A stretch of DNA of 64,000 bases from assembly GCF_009834535.1 (NCBI RefSeq), contig NC_045696.1:66590001-66654000 (forward strand), written 5' to 3'. Of the stretch, positions 38,946 to 49,678 are shown one piece after another. The notes beneath the pieces are model-generated. The model did no database searches and had not been told where the DNA came from. It saw only the letters and a list, made by a program, of their open reading frames with translations. Position 1 is the first letter of the stretch. The number at the start of each line of letters is the position of its first letter. The stretch comes from Camelus ferus. Lineage: Eukaryota. A program made the position numbers and the translations under genes.

Positions 38946-39070
38946 GGGGGGTGGGGGCATAGCTCAGTAGCAGAGTGCATGCTTAGCATGCACGAGGTCC
39001 TGTGTTTAATCCCCAGTACCTCCACTAAAAAAAAAACAAAAAAACAAAAAAAACAACAACAAAAAAAAAC
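38946..39070 (+). mobile_element. tRNA-Ala-derived camelid SINE (Vic-1-like), short form
   Basis: tagctcagtagcagagtgcatgcttagcatgcacgaggtcc head and A-tail. 20-bp TSD with 2 mismatches (38926-38945 and 39071-39090). Confidence 0.9.
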
Positions 39071-39831
39071 AGAAGAGTTCTATGTGTCTAAAACAAAAGC
39101 TTCCTAGCTCTGATTTCCCTCTTTTCCCCTTTTCTACTTGTCGGCGCCTGATGAATTAGAAGACCGTCACACTGCCTGTGTTCCTTTTGAAATCCACTTC
39201 TCCTGCTTGCTTAAATCATGCAGAAAAATGCTTTTCTGCTCCAGATTTTGTATTTTGGGGTCCAGGAACCTGGAAATGACAGTCCCCATTATGTCCACAA
39301 GCACTGACAGGAAACTTGGAAGAATTGTTGAAAGAAATGTTCTTAAAAGGGCAAAGACCCTCCTCATCCCCTGCTGTCATTATTTCCTCTCTTCATCTTC
39401 TCGTCTACACCCTCTTGAGTAGGAGGGAGAGAGAATATCCCAGGCGTAGAATTTCCACTTGTGAACTTTCAGCTCAATCAAATCCTTTTTTTTTTTTTTT
39501 GACATTTGCATTTTATCCTCCTCCTTTTGCTGCCCATACAAAGCACAATCCATGAGATGCACAGAGTTTCTGTATGTATATTTACATCAGAGAACTTTTA
39601 TAGCTCAGAGAGGCAGGTGGGACTTGCCTATAGTTTTTTACATCGAGTTCATATCCAAGCAGGACCAGAGTCTCTTGACGGCTTGCCCAGTGTTCTTTAA
39701 CCCACTCTGCCTTCTGGTTCCTGAAGTGGGGCCGGGGCACCAGCACTGGGAGTAGACAGCAGACTGTCAGCTTTGCTCTCAGTGGGTACCGCCCTTGATC
39801 TCTTATTCTCCCCTGTTCTCTTTTCTGGCAG

Positions 39832-39949
39832 GTCAACAGGATAGAAGAAACGACCTCAGTCATCCCATCCACGCTGACAACTGCCTTTTGGATCCAGAGG
39901 CCAATGAGTGCTGGAAGGAGCCTCCTGCTTACACGTTCCGGGACTATAG
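39832..39949 (+). CDS. P3H2: P3H2 coding exon 12 (118 nt), QQDRRNDLSHPIHADNCLLDPEANECWKEPPAYTFRDY(S); carries the HxD iron ligands
   Basis: ctggcag acceptor and gtacag donor at 39950. HAD is the HxD motif of Fe(II)/2-oxoglutarate dioxygenases. Confidence 0.97.
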
Positions 39950-40932
39950 GTACAGCCGGCACCCGATTCAAAACCAAGCTTTTGCACAACAATTATCAAA
40001 ACCCGTGGCGACTAGAAAGCCGACCTGTTTTGCTTGTCATCACAATCATCTCGATGAAGTGGAGATGCTCTAATAATCTTCTGAAGCTGCTGCCGTAACT
40101 GAGAACTGACTCTGTCGTCTTTTCTTTATTATACTTATTTTTAAGTATTCTTATCTTAAAAATCCCTGTGTGTTTTGTTGCATTCCATCACAGAAAGTGT
40201 CCATTTTGTTTTACTATAAAAAGTAAAGTTTATGTCTTTTTTTGATCACTTGGATTTCAATTAAACATATCCTTTGTGGTTTGTGTATCTTAATCTGAGA
40301 ACACAGGGTGTGTATCTCGACATGCATGGGGATCTCATCTCATCGCTTACCTATGTCTGTATTTTATAATAAGAAACTGGAAACTCAGGAGAAAAGAAAC
40401 ATTTTCTCTTATGGAACGATATTTTAGTGTGTAAAGAAAAAAGTCAGAAGTTGTAGTCCCCATGTTGTAATAATGTGTTCATTTAGGACTACACTGTGCT
40501 CCATACAAAACCATTTATTGAGCGCCCCCTATCTGCAAGGCTAGGCTACACCCCTTGGAGCACTCTAGCTAGTTAAGGAAAACTAGATCCTTTAGAGTAA
40601 TTAGTATAAAAGGAAAGAAGAGAGTTTTAGGTAGTGTGGACAAGTTCAAAGGGCTGGACTAAATCTAGTTAGGTTTTCTTTGGAGGAAGTGAAATGTGAG
40701 ATGAGGTTTGAAATATATTTAAAATGTTAACATAAATGGAATAAACAAACGCTTCAGGGGTATGACCCAACGTCTGATCTTACTCTTGAGGATTATGAAG
40801 GTCAATCACTTGAATGTCTGTCTCAGAGGAAACTCACTGATCAGGCTGGTCAGCTCACCCAAGTCCTCAGTGTTTTGTGGTCATGTCGTGTAAACACATA
40901 CACGTACAAATGATTTCCCTTTCTTCTCACAG

Positions 40933-41008
40933 TGCTCTCCTGTATATGAATGACGACTTCGAAGGAGGAGAATTCATATTCACGGAGATGGATGCCAAGA
41001 CTGTGACT
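40933..41008 (+). CDS. P3H2: P3H2 coding exon 13 (76 nt), ALLYMNDDFEGGEFIFTEMDAKTVT
   Basis: ctcacag acceptor and gtgagc donor at 41009. Contains the LY.N.DF.GG.F.F dioxygenase motif. Confidence 0.96.
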
Positions 41009-41164
41009 GTGAGCAAGCCTATTCTTGCAAACTTATCTAGTCTCAGTTTTGCTGATTTTCAAGGACTGCTGGATTTCAAACATTTCTGAGCTCGAGATTT
41101 CAAGAGTTGGAAGGGGACCCAGTAAATTCATACATCATAAAATGTTGGAAATGGAACCATCAAT

Positions 41165-41290
41165 AAAAATCTTCTTGTCCATTTTACAGATGAGTAATTT
41201 AAAGAATAGATATTAAGGATTTGCTCATGATCGTATAGCGAGTGAGTGTTAGACTCAGAACCAGAACCTAGGTCTTCTGATTGTCAAGTA
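41165..41290 (-). mobile_element. MIR
   Basis: ccattttacagatgagtaatttaaagaatagatattaaggatttgctcatgatcgtatagcgagtgagtg. Confidence 0.65.
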
Positions 41291-41412
41291 ATCTGAAGGA
41301 AACATTCTTAAATTACCCAAGACTAGGGCAAGTCAAATGATTCTATAGAATGCTTTCAAGTAGCCTGGTTCTCTACATGCTTAGAGTGAGCATTGGCCCT
41401 CACACGCTTAGT

Positions 41413-41524
41413 TAACTAAGTTATTATATGTGTGTATTATATAACTGAGCTATTATATGTATATTATATGTGTGTTAACTAAGTTATTATATGTATTATT
41501 ATAACTAAGTTATTATATATATAA

Positions 41525-41555
<31 letters not shown>
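41413..41555. repeat. Degenerate minisatellite (4 x taactaagttattatat) running into (TA)n
   Basis: Units start at 41413, 41442, 41476 and 41502. Confidence 0.85.
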
Positions 41556-41558
<3 letters not shown>

Positions 41559-42444
41559 TTCTGATGGTAAGTAAAACCTATACTTGAAAATTGATACACA
41601 CACACACACACGCACACACACGTATGCATTATGGATTCACATTTTGGATGAGATTCTAAACACACCTTCACAGGTAGAAACCAAAAGTTGAATTCAGCTA
41701 CCATCTTCCTAAGCAAACTAATGCCTTTGGAAAACCAGCCTACTGAGAACTTATAAACCACATAGCAAGAATCTTTTGGTCTTTAAGCCAAAGTTTATAC
41801 GACATGGTAGAAAAGCAGGTTTTCCAATTGAGGAGGTAACTGAATTATAAATAGATTATGAGGTATCTCTTTCTTCCATACAAAACCGAAATAGCTGAGA
41901 CATGGAAGTGATAAACTTCAAGGATTTTGCATCGTATATGCTATTTCCACAACTTTTTCTGAGTTTTATGTCTTTCCCTCATAATTTCATATTCTGTACC
42001 CATTTCTCCGTGTCATTCATAGCATTACTATTGGAGTGTAAGCAAACAATATCAAAAACTATATATTACTGGATTTAAAGGGGAAACCTATGGGAAGTCT
42101 GGTTAAAATTACCCAGAAACATTGATATAATTAAGAAAACAATTTCACACAATTTAACGTATTGACTATTTAAAAGCTCATGCTGCCTCATGCTTTCTTG
42201 TAAAAAGCTTAAATATGAACATGGGAGTATTTTGATACTTCATGATCTGGGAAATTAAATCAAGATTGATGATCTGATGTGGAGTTTAAAATCCTAATAC
42301 AAAATTATCATTTTTTTTGAAAAGCGTCTATGCAGAAAGGACTTTATTTCTGAGCTCTGCTAACACTGAGACTGAGGTTCAAAAATGTATCTCACGCAAT
42401 TGTGAAGAAAATCAGACAGGTGTTTGAAAAGATTTCTTTGCTTC

Positions 42445-42475
42445 CACTCCATCTAGTGGCCATATTTGGAACTGC
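42445..42475 (-). promoter_or_regulatory. CTCF core plus upstream (U) motif
   Basis: Reverse complement GCAGTTCC-aaata-TGGCCACTAGATGGAGTG: a core with mismatches at its 3' end and a TGCAGTNCC-like upstream module at 5-bp spacing. Confidence 0.6.
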
Positions 42476-42709
42476 TCAATGTTTAAAACTAAGTAATAAC
42501 CTACAATATTATGTATGAATCAGTAATTTATTAATTGTTGAATATGTTAACTGTAACTCTACTTTTTCAAGATATGAGAGCAGACAATACTCCACTTTCA
42601 GAGTTTTATAATTAAAAGAGAAAGGTGTAACTATTTTAAAAATTACTGGATCTAACCACCACCATCCCCCAAAAAAGTGAAAGAAAAACTGATTTAAACA
42701 ATTAAAAAA

Positions 42710-42908
42710 TTTTTTTCCTTCTGCTCTTACAAGGTATTGAATATAGTTCCCTGTACTATACTATAGGACTTTGTTTTTTTATCTAATTTATGTATAGTGT
42801 TAGTATCTGCAAATCCCAAACTCCCAATTTATTGCTCCCCACCCCTGCCCCTGTCCCCCCGAGAACCATAGTTTGTTTTCTATGTCTGTGAGTCTGTTTC
42901 TGTTTTGT
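42710..42908 (-). mobile_element. LINE-1 3' UTR fragment
   Basis: Antisense to the L1 3' UTR at 45010-45177 (atagttccctgt..., tatgtctgtgagtctgtttctgttttgt). Confidence 0.85.
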
Positions 42909-44169
42909 CTAAACAATGTTTTAATGAAAAAGCTCCAAGTTGAGAGATTTTTTTCCCCCCAAAATTAGTTCCACTTCAGATTAATGAACATGGTGGAGCT
43001 TTGGGGGCATTTTGTAAATAATTAAAATTCTTAGGTAACCGGTGCCAATAACAAAGAGAAATTGATAGTTCTCCTTTTCAGTTTTCCTTCCTTTGACTCT
43101 GGAGGGACAGATGAGCAGGAAAATGCCCCAACTTTGTGCTATGCAAGGAAGAAAAGTCTTCAAAATTCTCTACTTTGGAAAAACCTGGAAATTGTGTAAT
43201 TACACAATAGTGGCTGAAGATTTACATTTATTCTGGACAAGCACAGCACAAAGCCTTCTGTGATTTTAATCATGAGTCAGAGGCAAAGCAAAAGGAATTT
43301 TCTTTTATCACACTTGGAAGATATACGGATTGTTTTCAACAGCAGCTTATTTGTGAAACATGGGCCTTTTGGAATTTTGGGTTCTCTGTGCCAGTTTGAA
43401 AAAGATAAAATTTAATGAGTTCCATTCGCTTCATGAAAAACTAAACTCAGGGGAGCTGTGTTCCAAAAGTATGTTTACAATCATCTATTTAAACTTCAGA
43501 ATGTATTTGCCCGTAGAAGCCGTGTCGTCAGTGGAGCTTGTTTGTTCCTCCGCACCCCTGGTATCTAAGAGGTGATGCTCTCCAGCTGATCAGATTGGTC
43601 CTTTGCGAACCCACGCACCTGTAATCAATCCCAGCTGCTTCAGCCAATTGATCCATTCTTTTCCTAAACTTCCTTAAAGTTCTTCAAGTGTGACATACTT
43701 TTCATTCTTCCAGTTCCATCAGAAAGAAAGCGCTACATGGTCCCCACACCCTTTCCTTAGTGTTATAAGATGCTGATGCCAAGACTCCATAATCCCACAG
43801 AAGCAATAACAACCATGTGTGGATAAGTGAGTCCTGACCAGTACTGGGGAACGAACTGCTCAGAAACTCCAGATTAGATCCTAAAGCCATGTGTAGAGGA
43901 AGGCTTTTATGTCCTACGTCATATGCTCTAAGTATTAGTTATTTTGCTGTTTCTATGTGGAAATGCACAACAATTTCCTCCTCCAGAAACACAAAACCAG
44001 ATCGATACTGAGGGCACCAGTAACTAGGAAACTCCAGAATCACATCAGAAAGTCACTTAGATAAAGCTGCTTAAGAAAAGCAACTCTCTCTAGCAAAGAC
44101 AAATCACTCCTCAGCTATTATGAATAGAAGAATAACCAGAAACTGACAGCTTTTCTCTGCTCTCCCCTT

Positions 44170-44171
<2 letters not shown>

Positions 44172-44211
<40 letters not shown>

Positions 44212-44219
44212 ACACACAC
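44172..44219. repeat. Imperfect (AC)24 microsatellite
   Basis: Read directly; one interruption. Confidence 0.95.
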
Positions 44220-44465
44220 CTTGGTCTCAGGCTTTCTGGCTCCTCCACCTACCTTTAACCTTCCACACGTTGGTCACACAGTCTGGGAGGACCTGTGTTA
44301 GGTAGTATCCAAGAACTTAAGGAAGTTTTCCAAATATTCCTTCTGAAGCTGGAAGTGAAAAAAAAAAAAAAAAGAAAGAAACTTAGCCATCCCATTTTAT
44401 GGTGAAGGAAACCAAAATTTCTTTTAAGGGGCACGTATCAACTCAATTCAGAAAATCATTCGTTA

Positions 44466-45184
44466 AATTATCAGAGGAATGCAAATCAAAACTACAATGA
44501 GGTATCACCTCACACCAGTCAGAATGGCCATCATTAAGAAGTCCACAAACAATAACTGCTAGAGAGGCTGTGGAGAAAAGGGAACCCTCCTACACTGCTG
44601 GTGGCATTGTAGTTTGGTGCAGCCATTATGGAAAACAGCATGGAGATTCCTCAAAAACTAAAAATAGATTTACCGTATGATCCAGCAACCCCACTCCTGG
44701 GCATATATCTGGAAGGAACTCTAATTCGAAAAGGTACATGCACCCCAATGTTCATAGCAGCACTATTTACAATAGCCAAGACATGGAAACAACCTAAATG
44801 TCCATCAACAGATGGCTGGATAAAGAAGCTGTGGTGTATTTATACAATGGATACTACTCAGACATAAGAAAGAATAAAATAATGCCATTTGCAGCAACAT
44901 GGATGGACCTGGAGATCGTTATGCTAAGTGAAATAAGCCAGAAAGAGAAAGAAAAATACCATATGATATCACTTATATATGGAATCTAAAAAAAATAAAA
45001 AGATACAATGAACTTATTTACAAAACAGAAACAGACTCACAGATATAGAAAACAAATTTATAGTTACTAGGAGGAAGAGGATGGGAAGGGATAAACTGGG
45101 AGTTTGAGTTTTTCAGATACTAGCTGTTATATATAAAACAGATAAACAAGTTTCTTCTGTACAGCACAGGGAACTATTAAAAAA
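44466..45184 (+). mobile_element. 5'-truncated LINE-1 (ORF2 C-terminus plus partial 3' UTR)
   Basis: Translates to the L1 ORF2p C-terminus (LPYDPATPLLGIY...MFIAALFTIAKTWKQPKCPS; FAATWMDLE) with frameshifts, followed by an artiodactyl-type 3' UTR. Confidence 0.93.
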
Positions 45185-46085
45185 GAGAGAGAGAGAGAAA
45201 ATGGCTAGTTATAGCAAGTCTGTCTTATCCAATAGAATGATTGGTGCCTCTTCCCTGCTTTTATTTTACTTTGCTTAGCTCTGTCGTGGAATGAGTCAGG
45301 TTTCTATGCTTCTTAAGAAACAAAAATGGATTCTACTGACATCAAACAGTTTAAACATAGAAGCAAGTCCCCTAATGCTCAGTCTGGAGAGCCTGCTTGT
45401 TCGATCCAACCCTCTGGCTCAGGGCCCTGCAGCCCCTCTTCCCCCCTCCGCCCGTCCCGCCTGCCCACTGCTGGACAGCTCCATGCAAGCAGCGCCCAAG
45501 CCTAGAAGGGCCGTGCCAGTCATTTCGGAGCCCCAGGGGCCGTGGAATGGGACACTGGAGGGAGTGGATGTGGCTTTACTGGAGATAGTAAAGCCTTTGT
45601 GAGGACCACTGGGCAGGAATATTGTAACAAGAATTAAAGTATCACATGGGGTTAGAGTTGACTTTTCAAAATCCCTGAATTACATAAATGTATCATTAAG
45701 GGATTAGAAAGTGTGCGCCCTGGGAACCACCACCGAGGTCAGTTAGAACAATGTGCCAGCACTCTCGATGCCCCCTGGATTTGTTTTTGCCATTCCACAA
45801 ATACTAAATGCCCATCTACTTCTGCCTGACGCTGTGCTGGTGCGCAAATTAGAGAAGTGGATGGAAACAGAGAGCCTTTGCCTTCATGGAGTTTGCTGGC
45901 CATCAACACAGTGTATTTTAAGCAATTATTGGACTGTGCCAACCGTTTTACCTGAATGCTTTTATTTTCTTAATTCAATATTCTTTTGACCATATCTTGT
46001 TTTTACAGATGAAGAAATTGCAACAATCTATGTCTTCTCAACCCCAGGCATCCATTATTCTTTGACTCAAAACTTGACCCACGTT

Positions 46086-46232
46086 GGGTGGAGGGGTATA
46101 GCCCAGTAGTAGAGCATGTGCTTGACGTGTGTAAGGTCCTGGGTTCGATCCCCAGTTCCTCCATTAAGGGGAAAAATTAAAAAAAATAATAATAAATGAA
46201 ATAGAAATAAGTATATGTTAAAAAAAAGAAAG
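46086..46232 (+). mobile_element. tRNA-derived camelid SINE (Vic-1-like)
   Basis: ggtatagcccagtagtagagc...gggttcgatcccc head and A-rich tail. TSD aaaa(c/t)ttgaccca (46069-46081 and 46233-46245). Confidence 0.85.
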
Positions 46233-46327
46233 AAAATTTGACCCAAATAATTTAATAGAAGGATAGAAAAGGGTGGGAATGTAGAAATGCTCACAGTATC
46301 TAGTCTTATTTTCACTTTATTTCTCAG

Positions 46328-46468
46328 GCCTCTATAAAACCGAAGTGTGGGCGTATGATCAGCTTCTCATCTGGAGGAGAGAACCCACATGGGGTGAAGG
46401 CAGTCACCAAGGGCCAGAGGTGTGCGGTGGCTTTGTGGTTTACCCTGGACCCACTTTACAGAGAACTG
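46328..46468 (+). CDS. P3H2: P3H2 coding exon 14 (141 nt), ASIKPKCGRMISFSSGGENPHGVKAVTKGQRCAVALWFTLDPLYREL; carries the distal His and 2OG-binding Arg
   Basis: ttctcag acceptor and gtgagt donor at 46469. ENPHGV and RCAVA motifs. Translated by hand. Confidence 0.97.
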
Positions 46469-47109
46469 GTGAGTCTCTGGCCCGCCCGGAAAGTCAATGA
46501 GACATCCTGTAGACCTGCTTCATGAACTGATTTATTTGAAAATTCCTTTAAGTTGATCCATAACCCTTCCGGGAATTTAGAGACCATGGGGCGGGTAGAA
46601 GGCTTTAACAGAATCTTTTCTCTCTGGTTTCCAGCCCTGGCTCTGTTTTCTCAGCAAGAACACATTTTCTTAATCAGATCCATGACCTAGCAATTACACA
46701 TCGAATGTTTGCAGGATGAGTTTGAGGGACAGAAGAGGGGCTATGACTGCAATTCTTCATCAATTGGGTTCTAATGAGGGAATGTTCACAGAAATAGACA
46801 TTGGTGATCTCTCGCAGTCTCTGATTCGTCTTGAGCATGTTAACAAGCTGTAGCATCAGGAGAGAGGGACTGCTTTCTACCGGTCACCAGGAAGACTGAT
46901 TTGTTTTCTTGACAAATCATTAAAAATTTACTGAATCAATTATGAAACATATGTAGAAGAGGGCGAGGGAACCTGAAAGTTTATAATTTACTATTATTAA
47001 ATTAAATATTAAAATACAGCTATTATTATACTGGAAGCAGCTGAGGACAAGCTCAGATAAGCAGCCAGGAGCTCATCCTTCTGGAGGTCACTGGGCAGAG
47101 GTTAGAGTA

Positions 47110-47372
47110 TCTATCTGTGAAGCGCAGAGGGATGAATTAAGACCATGGATACAAGCCGCTGGGAGGAAAATCTGGGCTCAATGAAAGGAATAACTTCCAA
47201 ATTGTCACTGGTGTTGGGGGGTTGTCTTCTTTAGAAGTACTGAGTTTCTTGTCCCTGGATGGCTCCAGTCAGAGCCTCAGCGACTGCCTGGCCTCAGATG
47301 CTGAAGCAAACTGAAACATCACAGCAAGACCTAAATGGGGTGACTTCAAAGTCTGCTCCACCCCTGAGTCTT
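47110..47372 (+). mobile_element. CR1/L3 3' end
   Basis: gggatgaattaagaccatggatacaag...gggctcaatgaaaggaataacttc...ttgtccctggatggctccagtcagagcct. Confidence 0.6.
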
Positions 47373-47619
47373 AACGAAGTCAGGAAACTCTAGTCTTTAA
47401 AATGGCATTCTATCCAGTTTTCCTCTTTAGGTCCCTCCATTGAATCCAATTTCGTCTGAAACTGTTTAAAATGTATTCCTTTTTCTCAGAGACCCTTTGC
47501 CATCAAACCTAACTCATGCACAGTTTTTAGGCCGCATGCCCTAAGCATTCCTTTTTTTTCAAGTTCAGTTATAAAACTGATTACATTTCTTTTCTTTTCT
47601 TTTCTTTTAATTTCAGAGG

Positions 47620-47928
47620 GTTTTTTGTTGTTGAAGTATAATCAGTTTACAATGTGTCAATTTCTGGTGTACAGCATGTTTCAGTCATACATATATGTAT
47701 ACATACATATATTCATTTTCACATTCTTTTGTGGTAGGTTACTACAAGATATTGAATATAGTTCCCTGTGCTGTACAGTATGAACTTGCTGTTCATCTAT
47801 TTTATATATAGTAGTTAGTGCCTGCAAATCTTGAATTCCCAATTTACCCCTTCCTGCCCCCTTCTCCCCTGGTAACCATAAGTTTGTTTTTTATGTCTGT
47901 GCGTATGTTTCTGTTTTGTAAATAAGTT
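47620..47928 (-). mobile_element. LINE-1 3' terminal fragment
   Basis: ttgaagtataatcagtttacaatgtg...gtttctgttttgtaaataagtt is the antisense of a complete L1 3' UTR. Confidence 0.9.
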
Positions 47929-48561
47929 AATTCTTTCATATAGTTTACAAACGTTTAGGGAAGATCTACTATGTGCCTGGAAAACTCCTCTAGGGAGGCC
48001 CTGAGGGTACAAGGGTTTTCAAAACGTAGCTTCCAGCCATAAGGCGTTTGGAGAGACAGACAAGGAACTAGGGTGGGAAGACAGCAGTACGGGTTGGGAT
48101 CGGAGATGGAGGAAGGCTGACTTACATAAGCACAGTCCTAAAGGCTGCAGCAGATGACAACCAGGCACAGAAGGAGAAAGGAGTGGTCGTGACAGAGGGA
48201 ACGGAACACACAGGGCTCTGAGAACTTCAAGGGGGACTGAGCCATCTCCTTCACCTGTCATTCCCCTCGTTCCTTGTGCGTCTCTACCTCCAAAATGCCA
48301 GCGTTCCCCAGTAGCGCTCCTTCTGACTCGGGAATCCAGGACGTCAGTACACAGTGGAGATAACACGTTGTTAAAAAGTCGCCTCAGCTTTCCCTCTTTA
48401 GTGTCCAGCTCAGTAGGCATTTAGCCAATCTGATTATTCAGTATCCATCCTCTCTCCCAAAAATACGTATTTTTTCCTATCAAAATAAGCTTAACACAAA
48501 GTTCCTTTTGCTCTGTCTTAACCTGGAAAGTGTGCGGAAACGTCTCCAACCGTCAGGCTGT

Positions 48562-48580
48562 TGGCGCCATCTAGTGGTCA
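48562..48580 (-). promoter_or_regulatory. Strong CTCF motif
   Basis: Reverse complement TGACCACTAGATGGCGCCA matches CCASYAGRKGGCRS at 14/14 positions. Confidence 0.7.
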
Positions 48581-48627
48581 CAGGAGAAAATGACCAGCGC
48601 CTCAGGCAACCAGTAGAAAAAGTTGTC

Positions 48628-48782
48628 GCTGGGATTCCCACACTTAGCTCAGCGTTGGAATCGCCTGGGGATCTTCACAAACGACTGACCGCTGGCGCTC
48701 ACCCTTGGCGATTCTGGGTTAACTGGTATGGGTGTAACTTGGGTTTGTGCAACAAAATTTGAGAGTCCCAGAGTTAGGATCC
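48628..48782. mobile_element. MER5A-like hAT-Charlie fossil
   Basis: gaatcgcctggggatctt...gctggcgctcaccc...gattctgggttaactggtatggggtg resembles MER5A. Confidence 0.6.
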
Positions 48783-49678
48783 TCCTCTCAGATTGAGTCC
48801 CTGAGCCAAGAAAGCCTGCTTGTGAAGAGGCCACCAGAGCTGGCGGACTTCCATGCTCATTACAGGTTACTTTAAAGGCGCTGAATTCTCCAGGAGTACT
48901 TAGCATCGTAAACTCGTATGGATGCCTGAGGTTAGAAGCTTCAGTTCCTTGTATAGAGAGTTCTTGAACTTCCTTCCTTTCAGGAGAGACGTGACTTCGA
49001 ACAGTCTCTTGTGCAGTCAGACTGGAACACTGTATATACGTCACGTTTGCTCATCAGCAAGGTGTCCTCCCATCTTCACAAAACAGTACTCGAGCATTTC
49101 ACTCGGGCGTCGTGGCAACAATTCAGTTTCCTGTTATTTAGTATATTTGGTCGTTTTAGGTACCTTTATGTCAACATCATGTTCAATTACAAAGCTCTTG
49201 AATACGAGATTTTCAAGTCATAAAATAGTTCTTTCTATAACTTACTGTGCTGGCCATTGTTCTAGGGACTACCTATGGGAGGTACAAACTAGGTGAGACA
49301 TGACTTTTATTTTCAAGGAGCTTGAAGCCAAAGTGAAGAGCTAATACAAGGGTCTCAGTAGTTAAACACAAAGCAAAGTTTGGTGTGAATTATTATCAGA
49401 GGCCAAAACATGCATGATGTTTAAGGGATAGAAAGAGGAAACCAGGGAATCTTCATTAAGGAGATGGCATTTGACCTGAGCCTTAAAAGGTGAGCATGGT
49501 TTCTTTAGGGAGAGACATTCTATGAGAGAGAGAGCCTTTATCCAAGTATGTCTTTATTCACCAGCTTCATTCATTGACAGCCTCTGCCAAATGTCAGCAG
49601 CTTTTCTGGGCACAGGAAATACAACAGTGACCAAAAATGACAAGATTCCATGCTCTTCTCTAATACTTGGCTCTGCCG

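Noticed and set aside
38948..39024. tRNA-Ala(AGC)-like sequence (also at 13014, 22206, 33851 and 46086)
   Set aside because: Each copy has an A-rich tail, a TSD and substitutions in stems or boxes, so these are SINEs rather than tRNA genes.
39582..39992. 136-aa antisense ORF over exon 12 (similarly 20349-20660 and 27171-27386)
   Set aside because: Antisense shadows of real coding exons with no independent evidence.
41413..41520. CRISPR-like repeat-spacer appearance
   Set aside because: Mammalian intron, low-complexity spacers, irregular period and no cas genes.
44628..44989. ORFs with reverse-transcriptase-family C-terminal motifs
   Set aside because: Frameshifted fragments of a truncated L1 ORF2; not a functional gene.
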